Below, piece by piece: positions 45,251-59,045 of a stretch of DNA of 64,000 nucleotides. Source of the stretch: Eledone cirrhosa (taxonomy: Eukaryota). The stretch spans positions 339,202,001 to 339,266,000 of the forward strand of contig OZ024742.1 of NCBI GenBank assembly GCA_964016885.1, in the 5' to 3' direction. Within the stretch, counting starts at the first letter, position 1. Every line of letters begins with the position of its first letter. Below the pieces are notes generated by a model that was given only the letters and a program-made list of their open reading frames with translations, did not search any database and was not told the DNA's origin. Made by a program: the position numbers and the translations under genes.

Positions 45251-45442
45251 TTGCGGCCCCTTTTAACTTCTTGAAAATCATTGAATAACGCTATACCACA
45301 AGAAATGTTCATATTTTCCACTAATAATATTTAAAAACTCTCTTGGTGTATTATGGTAGGACGTAGGTTCCAATTAGCTGGACCTTTCATGTGGCTCTCA
45401 GACGCCAGACATGCAAAAGTGGCAGTTCCCAAACCATTGCCA

Positions 45443-45758
45443 TGTACATTGGTAGAACCCAGGTTCAGATTAGCTGGAGACTTAACTTACGGCCGTGTAC
45501 AATGGTAGAACCCAGGTTCAGATTAGCTGGAGACTTAACTTACGGCCGTGTACAATGGTAGAACCCAGGTTCAGATTAGCTGGAGACTTAACTTACGGCC
45601 GTGTACAATGGTAGAACCCAGGTTCAGATTAGCTGGAGACTTAACTTACGGCCGTGTACAATGGTAGAACCCAGGTTCAGATTAGCTGGAAACTTAACTT
45701 ACGGCTGTGTACAGTGGTAGAACCTAGGTTTAGATTAGCTTGAGACTTAACTTACGGC
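45443..45758 (+). repeat. 53-bp minisatellite, ~6 copies
   Basis: TGTACAATGGTAGAACCCAGGTTCAGATTAGCTGGAGACTTAACTTACGGCCG at 53-bp period, no spacers. Confidence 0.95.
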
Positions 45759-45994
45759 ACCCAGACACCAGACATACGAACATGGCAGTTTGGAAAATCT
45801 TAGGTTCAATTCATTCTTCAAGTGAGTACTATATTATTTCTTCTTTGTATATGTATGTACTAATTATTAGCTATTGTACAGTGATATATATAGATATAAA
45901 AAATACAGTAGCGAAAACCAACCCAAACCAAACAGTGAGTGTATTCTGTTATTATTTCTGGCAATATTATAACAATATGACCCTCCCCAAGTAT

Positions 45995-46062
<68 letters not shown>

Positions 46063-46797
46063 GAACAAAAAAGAAAAAAGAACACAGACATATACATATA
46101 GGTTTTCAAATCGTAAGGGATCAGATTCGCTAAGGTGAAAAGAATACTAATTTTAGACAATAGGGTTTGCCAGACTCAATTTAAGAATAAATCAAGAAAG
46201 TAAACACAAACCGGAATTGTGGTAACTACCAATCACCCGGACAGATGTGATAATAGTGTTTCGCAATATTAATTATGAAGAGGAATACCAATTCTTGCTC
46301 ATCAGCGGGTGAAGAATTATTAGTATCCTGGTCACTTCTAAGTATATTAAAAAACTGAATAGTGTGCGTATATATAACAACGCACATGGTATCCGAACTT
46401 AGCAGCCGGGTTTACTCGACATTTGAATTAGCTCGACGAATTAACGGAGCCGAATCTATCAAAGGTATATATTTAGAAACTCAAAATAGTCTCTTACAAT
46501 AAATTAGCTCTAGGAAAGAGATTTTTCCGAGACGTATAATATAACTGAACAAAAAACGAACACAGACATGTACATATATGTGTTCAAATCGGCTCCGTTA
46601 ATTCGTCGAGCATTTATTATTATTACTATATATATATATCGTTTTCGAATAGGAAAACTGATAAAGGTAAGGGAAGAAGTTATTATAGCGCAGAATATGA
46701 GATTAATTACAATAAACTACTCAGAAGACTGCATACATACTACTTGTATGAACTCCTTATTTCGAATGTTTAAGTACACTCATAGAGCAAATATTGA

Positions 46798-47090
46798 AAT
46801 TGAAAATGAGAGCAAAGACTGGTAATTATATCATATCTTAATTTAACGCACGTTTCTTCCGTCTCATGAAACATAATTAATTATATGAACAAATGACTGG
46901 ATTCATCAGATTTAATAAAAAATACAAGAAACATTTTTACCTGTTTCTTGTATTTTTTATTAATTCTGATGAATCCAATTATTTGTTCATATAATTAATT
47001 AACTAATGATAAATTATATGTTTTATGAGATGGTAGAAAGGTGCGTTAATTAAAATATGATATAATTAAGTCTTTGGTGTTCTTTTCAAT
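46798..47090. repeat. Diverged fold-back with an HHR-like motif in each arm
   Basis: Arms 46798-46932 and 46942-47090. Plus arm: ttaatt CTGATGA atcca...tggta GAAA ggtgcg TT aattaa (46960-47053). Confidence 0.75.
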
Positions 47091-47101
47091 GTAATGTATA
47101 T

Positions 47102-47200
<99 letters not shown>

Positions 47201-47203
47201 CAT

Positions 47204-47307
<104 letters not shown>

Positions 47308-47523
47308 TATATATATATATATATATATCCCCGTCCTATTCTTTCTTCCATCTTTCTTTCAGGCGTCTTCCATTCTTCCATTCTCTTATCTTACCAGATT
47401 CCTGTCACAATTAGCGTTCTTTCTACTTTTTCTTCCACATCTTTAACACATCTATCATATTCTAGATTCTGATCTTCAACCAACAGTTCTCCAACTCCAA
47501 ACTCCACACCACCTCCACCACCA

Positions 47524-47716
47524 TCTTCTTCTTCTTCTTCTTCTTCTTCTTCTTCTTCTTCTTCTTCTTCTTCTTCTTCTTCTTCTTCTTCTTCTTCTTC
47601 TTCTTCTTCTTCTTCTTTCTTCTTCTTCTTCTTCTTCTTCTTCTTCTTCTTCTTCTTCTTCTTCTTCTTCTTCTTCTTCTTCTTCTTCTTTCTTCTTCTT
47701 CTTCTCCTTCTTCTTC

Positions 47717-47766
<50 letters not shown>

Positions 47767-47900
47767 TAACCATCATCATTCTTATAACAACTATAACAAG
47801 AACACCAACAATAATGGTAAGCATATTAACAACAACAACAACACCACCACCAACAACAATAACAATAATAACAATAATAATAATAACAATAGTAGTAGTA
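47524..47900. repeat. Compound trinucleotide microsatellite (TTC)n-(TAA)n-(CAA)n
   Basis: Direct reading. Confidence 0.95.
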
Positions 47901-48080
47901 ATTGTTATGAATTCACTTGACACAGTCGTTATAGATGGTGTTGATGTAGCGTTGCTTTGTTACATGAGGAGGTTTGTAAGAAGGATGAAAAACATGACAG
48001 CTGCAAATATAATATGATGGACACTTATTGGAGTTGATTAATAAACACACATACATATACATGTATACATACATACATAC

Positions 48081-48223
<143 letters not shown>

Positions 48224-48304
48224 GTATATATATATATGTATGTATATATGTATTTATGTACGTATGTGTATATATATATAAATATATTATATACATATGT
48301 ATAT

Positions 48305-48408
<104 letters not shown>

Positions 48409-48613
48409 CGTACATAAATACATATATACATACATGCATTATTACATACGTACATACATATATACATACACACGTGCATATAAACATTCTTACATACATA
48501 CATACATACATATATACATACATACATTCTTACATACACACATACATACAAATATACATACATAAATACATACATACATTCATACGCCCTCTGGTGATGT
48601 CCAGCAGAAGCAA

Positions 48614-48674
48614 GGGGGACAACCGTCTATGCATTTCAGGCTTAACTGGCCTTCGTCAGGACGGTCCCTCCCCC
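48614..48674 (-). ncRNA. Intact type-I hammerhead ribozyme
   Basis: gggga-ggg-accgtc CTGACGA aggc-cagttaa-gcct GAAA tgca TA gacggt-tg-tcccc. Confidence 0.88.
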
Positions 48675-49132
48675 AAACCCGGGGTCATTTCCCTTCTTGG
48701 CGAAAAAGCACGTGATAGTGAAGCATTGACCGCTACTACTAGTAGTAGCCTACTGCTTCATTTCACACCGGTTCGAGGCACAGAACGGATACCTGTTGAT
48801 AACATGGGTCCACAGTTCGGTCATAATAAACCACAAACTTGCATACTGCGCAAGTAGGATTGTTGATTTTCGATTCATAGAAACCTATCGGAGGCACTAC
48901 ACAGTACCTTCCGAGCCGGTCCAGGTTTGTTATCTAACCTGAAAGTTTTTCCGATGCTTTGGTGTAGTGGCTAGGCTTGCCTGCCGCAGTTTTCAATTTG
49001 TCTTGCTATCTAACATAAGTTATTACTCAGAGCTCCAGCCTCATCGAGTGCTTTGCTGCATATTCGTAATTGTATATCGTTAGCTTGGCCACAGCCGAAA
49101 CTTCTATTTTACTAAACTTCCATTTGTATATA

Positions 49133-49199
<67 letters not shown>

Positions 49200-49204
<5 letters not shown>

Positions 49205-49407
49205 AACGAGTGGGACCCGACGGCTGAGCTCAAGCCGATTCGGCGGGTAATTCTGGACTAAAAAAAAAAAAGTCCAGAATTAGCCGTCGAAACGGCTTGA
49301 GCTCAGCCGTCGGGTTCCCACTCGTTCCTATTACCCACTCTACTACCCTAAGTATTGAGTACTTTGGTGCGTTATGGTCCACCTGGTTCCTTACCACATT
49401 TCCTTCG

Positions 49408-49410
<3 letters not shown>
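49200..49410 (+). repeat. Family X, fold-back copy
   Basis: Inverted arms around a poly-A spacer, plus the shared tail. Confidence 0.9.
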
Positions 49411-49463
<53 letters not shown>

Positions 49464-49572
49464 ATGAAAGGTATAGAAAGTATTGTAGCAAGAAGCCAAC
49501 AGTATTCCATAATATATATATATACATATATATATATATTCCATAATATATATATATATATATATATATTCC

Positions 49573-49623
<51 letters not shown>

Positions 49624-49625
<2 letters not shown>

Positions 49626-49812
49626 CGAAGGAAAAGTGGAAAGGAACCAGGTGGACCATAACGCACCAAAGTACTCAATATTTAGGGTAGTAGAGTGGGT
49701 AATAGGAGTAAGTAAGACCCCGACGGCTGAGCTCACGCCGTTTCGACGGCTAATTCTGTACTGAATTAGCCGTCGAAACGGCTTGAGCTCAGCCGTCGGG
49801 GTCTTACTTACT

Positions 49813-49816
<4 letters not shown>
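49624..49816 (-). repeat. Family X, fold-back copy
   Basis: Reverse orientation, (TA)n on both sides. Confidence 0.9.
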
Positions 49817-49869
<53 letters not shown>

Positions 49870-49882
49870 TATATATATATAC

Positions 49883-49915
<33 letters not shown>

Positions 49916-50088
49916 AATATATATATATACATATACGATATTAATAAATGGAAACTATATTTATATAGTTTATAAATATAGTTTCCATTTATTAATATCG
50001 TATATCTACTCCAAATACTTGTCGAGTGCTTTATATCAGTTATAAAAATATTTACTTGTTGTATCCCAACAATTTTAAATAGAACTTT

Positions 50089-50135
<47 letters not shown>

Positions 50136-50468
50136 CTCTTCCTCACACTTCCACTCACTCACTCTCTGTTTCTCCCCTTCTCACTTCCTCCCGTTTGGTT
50201 TGTGTGGGTCTCTTCTTGCTCACATCTCACACACATCAACACGGTCTGTACCTCTCTCGCTCATGAAATCCACACAGCTTTTACTGACCGGACAACCATT
50301 TTGCTTGTTTATTTTCCTATCTTCGGTTTGCTTTTATCCTTCAATGTTGTTTACTTGTCCCCCTCGCCTTACGCGAATTCTGGTCCCAATAACTTTTTTT
50401 AGTTATTGCTCGCACCAATCTGAGGTATCTGATTTTTAATGCGATGAAATACCAATGATGGTTGGAAA

Positions 50469-50889
<421 letters not shown>

Positions 50890-51577
50890 AATGTAATCTG
50901 AGTTTTTTTAATATTAATAACATTCGATTCGTATGCTGCAATTATGCAAACAAGCCTCATTTTTAAAGCCATGTCAGTAGAATGAGCCCCTCATTCTTGC
51001 TCTTGTGTTAGCATGTAAACAGAACTGCAGAGACTACTGTTTCTGGGTATCACCCATTCATCAGTACAGCTCACTGTTCACCTACCAACTGTTAGAGCTA
51101 GTGAAAATATATGCTATTTTCTAAAATATACAGTGACTAATCAGCCTGATTTGCATATTAGCAGATTGGCTGAGCAGGCAGATCTGCATATTAGAAGATC
51201 CACTGATCAGCCAGATTTGCATATCAGCAGACTGGCCAGTCAGTTTCCTGTATACAAGTGATAAATGGCCGGCTTTGCCACATTCAAATAATAAAAACAT
51301 TTTCGCTCTACATGGCTGAATACAATAAATGTAATCTGAGTTTTTCGAATATTAATAATTATTTCTACTTTTGGCACAAGGCCAGCAATTACCCAGTGTA
51401 TTACTGGTACTTTATTTTATCGACCCCATAAGGATGAAAGGCAAAGTTAATCTCGGCGGGATTTGAACTCAGAATGGCAAGGGCCGTAACTCTATGCGTC
51501 AAAGCATGGCGTCCGACCCTCTACCGAAACTGCCAATCCACCCATTCGATTCGTTTGCAATTATGCAAACAAGCCTC

Positions 51578-51580
<3 letters not shown>
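50890..51580 (-). mobile_element. Non-coding ~438-bp unit with a terminal direct repeat and an HHR-like motif; SINE inserted at ~51357-51542
   Basis: AATGTAATCTGAG..GCAAACAAGCCTCATT at 50890 recurs at 51328, split by the SINE. A partial copy lies at 44346-44484. Confidence 0.75.
51022..51072 (-). ncRNA. Hammerhead-like motif
   Basis: gagctgta CTGATGA a-tgggt-gat-accca GAAA cagtagtc TC tgcagttc; stem III is ambiguous. Confidence 0.65.
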
Positions 51581-51641
<61 letters not shown>

Positions 51642-51644
<3 letters not shown>

Positions 51645-51847
51645 CGAAGGAAGTGTGGTAAGGAACGAGGTGGACCATAACGCACCAGAGTACTCAATAC
51701 TTAGGGTAGTAGAGTGGGTAATAGGAAATTGTTCAAGACCCCGATGGCAGAGCTCAAGCCGTTTCGATGGCTATTTCTGGACTCAGTTCAGAAATAGCCG
51801 TCGAAACGGCTTAAGCTCTGCCGTCGGGGTCTTGAACAATTTCCTAT
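51642..51847 (-). repeat. Family X, fold-back copy
   Basis: Same structure as the other copies. Confidence 0.9.
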
Positions 51848-51950
51848 ATATATATATATATATATGAGTTGAAACTAATACATGCATCATTTCACAGCTC
51901 AACATCACTCCTTCATAGTCAGCCTATTAATCTTTCAACTGACCCTCGTA

Positions 51951-52237
51951 GTGTTGAAATTAACATATATTAATATGGTGCTAAAGATTAGTGAAAAAGA
52001 GAAATATTTTATGCCTAACTAATGATGAATTTGCAGATACTTCATCCTGACTGTAACTTTATATTGTACTTTGTAATCATTGAGGCTCTTGGATATGTTA
52101 CTAACTGTTTCAGCACAAATCTTGAAAAGCTGGGTTTCACAGAACCAGAAATAGCACGGCTAATTAGCAAGTTACAAATACAGTCCATTAATAGGACTGT
52201 AAAAATATGTAAAACATTACAGAAATTTAGCGTGTAA
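51951..52237 (+). pseudogene. C-terminal fragment of an RLE-type (R4/NeSL-like) non-LTR element
   Basis: KISEKEK..LQILHP..VIIEALGYV..LEKLG..LISKLQ..TVKICK resembles the restriction-like endonuclease tail. Confidence 0.6.
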
Positions 52238-52644
52238 TATTCGCATATACACATGTATAGCTATAGAAACGTGTGTAGATGTACACATATATCCCCCAAA
52301 CATACAGATCCACAAAAGCAATAACATCCATGTCTGAACACTTATAAAACACATACAGACATAATTCTCTAGTTGGTGTCTAAATTCGAATGAAAGAGCG
52401 TTGTTTCTCTGATAGAAAGTGACTCACCCTCTCTATTACCAATAGATTAATTTAGAAAGACGAGAAGACATATATACACCGATTTATGCCTGTATGTGTG
52501 ATCATTGAGGTACTTGAATGTGTTAAAAATGCCCCACCACGAAGATGCATTGTGAAAATTTGAAAGTTGAAATGTGTGTTTCCCAACGGAAATGACTATA
52601 ATAATAGTCGAGCACTGTAAATAAAAGTTGCGAAATAAGGTAAA

Positions 52645-52705
<61 letters not shown>

Positions 52706-52923
52706 GACGCAAACACACACACACACACAAACACATACACGCAACACACATAAACACACAAAGACACACAAACACACATACGCAGACAAACACACATACA
52801 CACACAAACATACAAACACACAGAGAAACACAAACACACACACACACACAAAAACACACACATTCACACACACATACATAGACATACACACACACGCAAA
52901 ACACACAATATATATATATAAGT

Positions 52924-53277
52924 TTATCCCGGGTTCAATTGAGGGTAACCACAGTTAGTAAGGTACTCAATACAAAGCAGAGTATAAATATTTAATATAG
53001 AAAAGGCTTCTATAGGACTAGAACTGTTTCTTTCGGGAGAAATCATCAGAAAAGAGATGTCAACATGAAGGGACCTGTTATTTTTATCTAAAGACATTTT
53101 TTCCAATTCCAACCCACCCGTCCCCTCAACAATCTATCTTATTTCTCATTCTTTCTTCTGATGAAGGACTAGCGTCCGAAACGTTAAGACCCTTTTCCTG
53201 CTATATCAAGCGCTAACCTAATATATCCCTTCCATATACTGTACTGATTGTGTTGTTATTTCTGTTTACCTTTTACA
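52924..53277. mobile_element. Short non-coding unit with HHR motifs on both strands
   Basis: Minus 53005-53052: CTGATGA tttc-tccc-gaaa GAAA cag-ttctagtc-cta TA gaag. Plus 53154-53189: CTGATGA aggactagcgtcc GAAA cgttaaga. Confidence 0.7.
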
Positions 53278-53403
53278 TATATATATAAGGTGAAACAATT
53301 GTTCTCGGTATGGTGAACTAACTGTTGTGTAACCACTTCTACCTAACTCGTCCCATGGACTGAGTGCTTCTACCACTACGGATATTATCTTCCAGTGTTC
53401 TAC

Positions 53404-53497
<94 letters not shown>

Positions 53498-53601
53498 ACT
53501 TACATATACACCAATTAAACAAAGTCATAGATATATATATGTTTTGGCAACCATTCACGATGTGGCTCAACGAAGAATTAATAAATTAAATAATCAGAGC
53601 A

Positions 53602-54316
53602 ATATACTATAAAGTATGTCCATAGAATCATTTGATAATATATATACATCATTTCCTCTCCCAATTAGCATAATTAACCACACAAAAAATCAATTAGACC
53701 TGGCTATGAGATTAAAAGGCCCCTATGAAGAAACAGTAAATAAATAAACGATAGCAGCCTCTTCGCGGCCAACCGCTAAAGAATATTTACCCAACATTTC
53801 AACAGTATGTGGAAATTAATTAAATATACGGTCAACCATACACAATTAGGTATAAAATTAAAGTTAGAAATACTTATATACATACCAGGATTATGTCCCT
53901 ACCCTTGGGATTCGTTCTCATTTTGAGATATCCTATTAAGGATAAATCTCGAGCTTCGAACTCGTCAGGAGACAAACTCGCTAGGACAGATTATTTTCTG
54001 AAGTGGCCCCCGCCAAACACGAATTCAAAATGGCTAAGGACTGTGACGTGGCAGTTTGTGACTTCTAGCGAGTTTGTCTCCTGATGGTTGACCGTATATT
54101 TAATTAATTTCCACGTACTGTTGAAATGTTGGGTAAATATTCTTTAGCGGTTGGCCGCGAAGAGGCTGCTATCGTTTATTTATTTACTGTTTCTTCATAA
54201 GTGCCTTTTAATCTCATAGCCTGGTCTAATTGATTTTTTTGTGTGGTTAATTATGCTAATTGGGAGAGGAAATGATGTATATATATTATCAAATGATTCT
54301 ATAGACATACTTTATA

Positions 54317-54322
<6 letters not shown>
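53602..54322. repeat. Fold-back, ~237-bp arms, with a nested inverted repeat in the spacer
   Basis: 53602-53838 versus 54085-54322; TCAGGAGACAAACTCGCTAG versus CTAGCGAGTTTGTCTCCTGA. A single-arm relative lies at 26585-26845. Confidence 0.9.
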
Positions 54323-54356
<34 letters not shown>

Positions 54357-54599
54357 TGAAAACACTTTTCTTATCACTGGAGAATTCTCTTTAATGAAAA
54401 ACATGTCCCACAATATTAATTGTCTTAATCATCAAGATAATTAATATTGTTCTTGTGTTATGAAACTGCAGTGAGGGGAAATCAATGTAAATGTTAATAT
54501 CTTTTACTCTAAATATATTTATCAGGCGTTTCCCTTATTTTGAATATAAACTGATGGGAATTTAGTTTATTTTACCAATTACTGCTAGAGCCATCCATG

Positions 54600-54876
54600 C
54601 AAGGGTCTTGTTTCAGGGGGTACCAGAGGACAAGCCCCCCCCCCCCACACTTTCAAACGTCTAAGTTTTATTTTTTCTTTATTTGATATAATAAATTCTT
54701 TTTAAGCTTATTTTTTTTATATCTGAACTTCATTTGAATATATAAAATTTAATTAGCCTAAAATTTTACTTATATGATAGAGTCCGGGGAAGGCACAATA
54801 AGTAATGTATGCTCCTTTAAGAATCAACAAATGTTAGTTTGTCCCCCTCACATTTTTAAGGCAAACGAGACCCCTG
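54600..54876. mobile_element. hAT-type MITE with 8-bp TSD
   Basis: TIRs CAAGGGTCTTGTTT / AAACGAGACCCCTG; TSD CATCCATG at 54592-54599 and 54877-54884. Confidence 0.85.
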
Positions 54877-55164
54877 CATCCATGGTACATTAGAAATGTG
54901 TTGTCTTTATTTCTGATTGTTTTACACTCCATTTTTGGTTGAGGTATAGCTGATAGAATAGTTGGTGAGCTATTTTTAGCGTTCCTATGAACCTGCCGCC
55001 TGACCCCTTGTTGCCAATTTCATCCTTGCCATTACGCACGTGTGTGTGTGTGACAGCTCACACCTATGCAGGTTTAACTGGCCTCCTCCAAAGTATATCT
55101 CGTTGGAGGTGTCTTGGGTGATTTAATGATAGGGACCCCAGTCCTATCATCTCATTTCTACAGC

Positions 55165-55295
55165 TGAGTAAACTGGAGCAACGTGAAATAAAGTGTCCTG
55201 CTCAAGGAAACAACACATCACCCGGTCTGAGAATTGAACTCACAACCTTTCGATTGCAAGCTCAATGCTCTAACCACTAAGCCATGCGCCTTCAC
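55165..55295 (-). mobile_element. Second tRNA-derived SINE family, 5' part
   Basis: Reverse complement: GTGAAGGCGCATGGCTTAGTGGTTAGAGC..GAGTTCAATTCTC. Confidence 0.75.
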
Positions 55296-55551
55296 ACATT
55301 ACGCATTACGCATGCGTAATTTTAAAGAAAAAGCATCTATTGTTGGCTTGGTGAAAAATCTTTTCTTATTGTCGAAGAATTCGCTGTGATGAAAAACATG
55401 CCTCGCAATATTAATTGTCTTCATTAACTCAGATAATTAATATTGTTCCTGTGTTTTGAAAGTGCAGTAAGGGCAAATAAACGCGAGTGGAGTGTAAAAT
55501 AAATATCATTAACTCTAAATTTATTTTACTCGCGTAAAATATATTGTTTTG

Positions 55552-55629
<78 letters not shown>

Positions 55630-55633
<4 letters not shown>

Positions 55634-55910
55634 ATGTATACTAAACACCACAGTATAATTACCTCATTACCCGAGGTTTCCCGAACAGGACGAACACAAG
55701 AGACGTCCGCATTCGTTCGTCAAATAAGGCAATACAACATAGTGAGATATTTGTGTTCGTCCTGTTCGGGAAACCTCGGGTAATGAGGTAATTATACTGT
55801 AATTATACTGTAATTATACTGTGTTGTTTATTATACATTAAATATTTAGCTCTGTTCTTTACATAGAGCACTCTTCATTCCTTTTACTTTTTCCACGGAA
55901 ACTTCAGCAT
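55630..55910. repeat. Fold-back of the 3' end of the PLE family seen at 59046-61290
   Basis: Minus-strand HHR 55657-55733 (TTGACGA..GAAA cctcggg TA). The plus arm matches ~61155-61280. Confidence 0.85.
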
Positions 55911-55958
55911 ATATATATTGTATATATATATACATACATATATATATATATATGTATG

Positions 55959-56950
<992 letters not shown>

Positions 56951-57014
56951 TGAGAGAGAGAGAGAAAAGCTTCTACAGGACTAGAACTGTTTTTTTAAAA
57001 CCCCACTCGACAAA

Positions 57015-58395
57015 ACATTGCTGTGTTTTTGAGTATAAGGTATTTGGAGGCCATGGGTTTAGCGTAGTGAGAGTGGAGAATCCAGAGTTCACGGAACTCT
57101 GGATTAACACTATAGACGAGAGGGCCCCAAATTTTCCACTCACACTACGCTAAACCCATGGCCTCCAAATACCTGATACTAAAAAACTCAGCAATGTCCA
57201 GTAGTGATAAGTTTAATATTCTGATCGCAGATTTGGTACGAGTGATGAAGAATGTGTCCCGCATGTGCGATCCAACTGAAATGGAAAGATAATCCAACAT
57301 TTCATCAACCGCATGCAGTTCTCTGGCTACAGCCAAAGAGACAGAATCAGAGTATACAAAGGAGCCACGGAGAAGTATAAGACCCTCATAGAACTTGACA
57401 TGAAAGGAATTTGCCCATTATACAGGATCAAATCATGGAATAGCTTACATAGAGCTAAACATAAGATAGGGAAAGCCACCTCATGCTACGACCACCAGAG
57501 ATACCAGAGTGTCATGTTCGTGGATGCTACCCCTGGAGGGGGGGGGGGGAATTTAGCTAACCAATGTAGAAAGGCCCTGAGAAAGACCCATTTAAAGATT
57601 AAAGTGGTAGAAAAGCCAGGAACTACCATAAAATCCCTGATCAGCAAAACATACCCTTTAAAGAAAATCCACTGTACTAATAGAAAATGTGTTATATGTA
57701 AAGTAAACCCCCAGATAAACTGTAAAACTAGAAACGTAGTCTATAGCATAAGATGTACAGAGGGTACTTGCAGAAATATGACAACAACATACATAAGCGA
57801 GACAGCTCGTAGCATAGGTGAAAGGATAGACCAAACACTGGGGGAACTAAAAGGACGAAAAAAACGGTTCAGTACTATACGAACACGCCAGACAACAACA
57901 TGTCGGTAACATAGACAACATAGAAATTAAAATAATATCTAAACATAGAAATGACCCAACAGGTAGGCAAATCAGAGAGGCAAGCGAAATAGAGCTTAGA
58001 AAGCCAAAGTTAAACAGAAAAAATGAATGGAATAACAACAACACCCAAACAAACAATACTGACTTAAGAGAAATATAAATAAATAAATGAATAAATAAAT
58101 ATATACACAAGCACAATAACAACAAACACATATAAACACACACTAATAAACTAAAATAGAATACAATAACCAAAACACAGTCACCCAAACGCGAACACAC
58201 ACACGAAACACGATACACTCACGCAAACGCATGCGCAGAGAAGAAGACAAAAATAAATAAATAAATAAACAGATAAAATAAAAATCGCGTCGACATACAA
58301 TAAAACAGGAGGAACATAATAGTACCACTGATGATGTTGCAGATGTGCAACGAAAGAACTTTGTTAGACTATATATATGTATTTATATCTGTATT
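57015..58395 (+). mobile_element. 5'-truncated Penelope-like element with a 5' inversion
   Basis: HYAKPMAS..NSAM (thumb), FVDATPGG, CTNRKCVIC, NVVYSIRC..YISETARSIGER (GIY-YIG). 57015-57081 inverts 57130-57197. Confidence 0.85.
58323..58366 (+). ncRNA. Hammerhead motif, 3' side decayed
   Basis: tacca CTGATGA t-gttgca-gatg-tgcaac GAAA gaac TT tgtta. Confidence 0.6.
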
Positions 58396-58599
58396 TTTGA
58401 CCGTTGGTCAATCAATGATAAACATTGATTGCCAAATAAATTAACTATGGAGATATAAAAGATACGGAAGCGAAAGCCAACGAAACAGTGAGTGTGTTCT
58501 GTTATTATTTCTGGCAATATTATTACAACAATATGACCCTCCCCAAGTATAACAATATTTGTTTCGACACACGATTTCATATCAAAGACCTCGCAAAAA

Positions 58600-58632
<33 letters not shown>

Positions 58633-58647
58633 GTATGTATGTGTATG

Positions 58648-58766
<119 letters not shown>

Positions 58767-58856
58767 ATGTATGTATTTATATATATATATATATATATAT
58801 TTCTGATATTGAAGAGAATGTCATTTTGCATGCTAGAAACACTTTACTATTTACTA

Positions 58857-59045
58857 ATAATTGTTTCTACTTTAGGCACAAAGCCAGCAATTATCCAGTG
58901 CATTACTGGTACTTTATTTTATCGACCCCGTAAGGATGAAAGGCAAAGTCAACCTCGGCGGGATTTGAACTCAGATCGTAAAGGGACGTAACTATGCTGG
59001 AAAGCATGGCGTGTGACCCTCTACCGATACTGCCAATCCACCGCC
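58857..59045 (-). mobile_element. SINE
   Basis: Full head, core and tail. Confidence 0.92.

Larger units (their letters stand above)
54354..55550 (+). repeat. Two diverged ~190-bp direct repeats (54354-54545, 55350-55553), each with a decayed long-stem-II HHR
   Basis: TTAATGA or GTGATGA, aaaacat...tgtgtt, GAAA, (c/g)tgcag, T(G/A) aggg. Confidence 0.6.

Noticed and set aside
45443-45758. CRISPR-like regular array
   Set aside because: Units are contiguous and identical with no unique spacers; no cas genes; eukaryotic context.
59013-59045. Start of the 347-aa ORF
   Set aside because: The N-terminus is read from the antisense SINE head and is not a real PLE start.
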